64,000 nucleotides of DNA. Source: an uncultured Pseudomonadales bacterium. GTDB lineage: Bacteria; Pseudomonadota; Gammaproteobacteria; Pseudomonadales; Azotimanducaceae. Shown one piece after another: positions 62,751-64,000 of this stretch. The number at the start of each line of letters is the position of its first letter. Positions within the stretch are counted from its first letter, which is position 1. The position numbers and the translations under genes are program-made. The stretch lies in contig CAJJAQ010000025.1 of assembly GCA_905182095.1 (NCBI GenBank), positions 37,363 to 101,362 on the forward strand, read 5' to 3'. A model generated the notes under the pieces. It ran no database searches. It was not told where the DNA came from and saw only the letters and a list, made by a program, of their open reading frames with translations.

Positions 62751-63941
62751 ATGATTGTAAAGCCACGTATTCGCGGTTTCATCTGCACAACTGCGCATCC
62801 AACTGGTTGCGCCGCCCATGTCGGCGAGCAAGTAGATTATGTTAGCCAAATGGATTCGATTTCCACCGGCGAATTTAAAAACGTACTGGTTCTAGGCTGT
62901 TCTGGTGGTTACGGACTCGCCAGTAGAATTGTTGCTGGCTTTGGTTGCGGTGCCAATACTCTAGGTGTGTCTTTTGAAAAAGCGCCCAGCGAAACTAAGA
63001 CCGGCTCGCAAGGTTGGTACAACAATGCGGCCTTCGAAAAACAAGCCAAGGCTGCTGGCCTTTATGCCAAAACAATGGACGGCGATGCGTTCTCTGATGA
63101 AATGCGTAGCCAAGTACTAGACACCATTCGTGCTGACATGGGAAAAATCGATTTAGTTGTTTACAGCCTAGCGTCGCCAGTTCGTCAGCACCCTAAGTCT
63201 GGTGTGCTGCACCGTTCGAGCATTAAACCTTTGGGTGAAGTGCTCAGCATAAAGACAGTGCATGTTGAAAAGGGCGTAGTTTCAGAGGTTAGTTTAGAAC
63301 CTGCAACGCCTGAGGAAACAGAAAATACCGTCACGGTTATGGGTGGTGAAGACTGGGAATTTTGGATGCAGGCTTTAATCCATGCTGATCTTTTAGCGCC
63401 TCAAGCAAAGACAGTGGCGTATACCTATATTGGTAGTGAACTTACCTGGCCTATTTATTGGGAAGGTACCCTGGGCCAAGCAAAGTTAGATCTAGACAGA
63501 GCCAGACAAGCCATTAGTGAAAAATTAGCCGATATTGATGGCGATGCTCGCGTGGCGGTACTTAAGGCGATAGTTAGCCAGGCTAGTTCTGCAATTCCGG
63601 TGGTGCCTCTTTATGTTGCCTTGCTCTTTAAGGCCATGAAAGATCAGGGTTTACACGAAGATTGCATTGCCCATATCCATCGCCTTTTTGCTACGCAGCT
63701 AAAAGGCGGCGCTTCTATGCGCTTAGATGATACGGGGCGTATTCGTGTCGATGATTTAGAGTTGTCTGAACCGGTACAAAATATTGTTAAACAACGTTGG
63801 CCGTTGGTGACGACGGAAAACTTAACCGAATTAGGTGATCTCGCTGGCTTCCGCGAAGATTTTTTAAAGATCTTTGGCTTTGGTATTGGCGGCATTGACT
63901 ATGATGCTGAAGTAAATCCGTTGAGCATTGAGTCGCAATAA
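62751..63941 (+). CDS. fabV: trans-2-enoyl-ACP/CoA reductase FabV
   Basis: MIVKPRIRGFICTTAHPTGC N-terminus, VLGCSGGYGLASRI, and the Y-x8-K-type active region (YIGSELTWPIYWEGTLGQAKLDLD), typical of FabV/TER. Confidence 0.93.
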   Translation: MIVKPRIRGFICTTAHPTGCAAHVGEQVDYVSQMDSISTGEFKNVLVLGCSGGYGLASRIVAGFGCGANTLGVSFEKAPSETKTGSQGWYNNAAFEKQAKAAGLYAKTMDGDAFSDEMRSQVLDTIRADMGKIDLVVYSLASPVRQHPKSGVLHRSSIKPLGEVLSIKTVHVEKGVVSEVSLEPATPEETENTVTVMGGEDWEFWMQALIHADLLAPQAKTVAYTYIGSELTWPIYWEGTLGQAKLDLDRARQAISEKLADIDGDARVAVLKAIVSQASSAIPVVPLYVALLFKAMKDQGLHEDCIAHIHRLFATQLKGGASMRLDDTGRIRVDDLELSEPVQNIVKQRWPLVTTENLTELGDLAGFREDFLKIFGFGIGGIDYDAEVNPLSIESQ

Positions 63942-64000
63942 CAAAATGTTAAAACAATGATATGTGCTGAATCGAAAATATTTCGGGCTCAGCGAGCGTA

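Overview
This window looks like a densely packed core-chromosome segment of a gammaproteobacterium. Gene order resembles Pseudomonas and its marine relatives: spoT-rpoZ-gmk, rph-pyrE, slmA-argB-algC-coaBC/radC-rpmB-rpmG-mutM, ftsYEX-rpoH, metX-metW, proC-yggS, ruvX-yqgE-tonB-gshB, metF/metK/tkt-pgk-fba, zapA-6S RNA-ygfA, ygfB-pepP-ubiH, gcvT-H-PA-PB, rppH-ptsP and lgt-thyA-folA-fabV. I call 67 protein-coding genes. One is spoT, truncated at the left edge, and one is rpmG, which is below the ORF-track size cutoff. I also call one ncRNA (6S RNA/ssrS) and a few hairpins and repeats. I see no tRNA, rRNA, CRISPR array, transposase, integrase, phage gene or recognisable defence gene, so there is no obvious accessory island or novel multi-gene system. 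The items worth a second look are regulatory or structural. (1) A perfect CIRCE (HrcA operator) inverted repeat lies on the rpoH promoter. (2) An orphan FimL/ChpA-N-terminus-like protein with degenerate Hpt motifs sits where Pseudomonas carries pilGHIJ-chpA. (3) thyA-folA-(NAD-kinase/AcoX-like)-fabV form a translationally coupled operon. (4) Several unusual repeats occur: a compound TTAC/GCTTACTT microsatellite upstream of yggS, 11-bp phased repeats that create a mini-uORF, nine 12-bp repeats probably translated as a RadC N-terminal tail, and a hexamer repeat across a stop codon. (5) An SDR appears to have all three classical catalytic residues substituted. Many ORF-track starts are over-extended to TTG, GTG or an upstream ATG, and I trimmed them where the sequence supports it. 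All functional calls come from motif and sequence recognition by eye. No database search was run.
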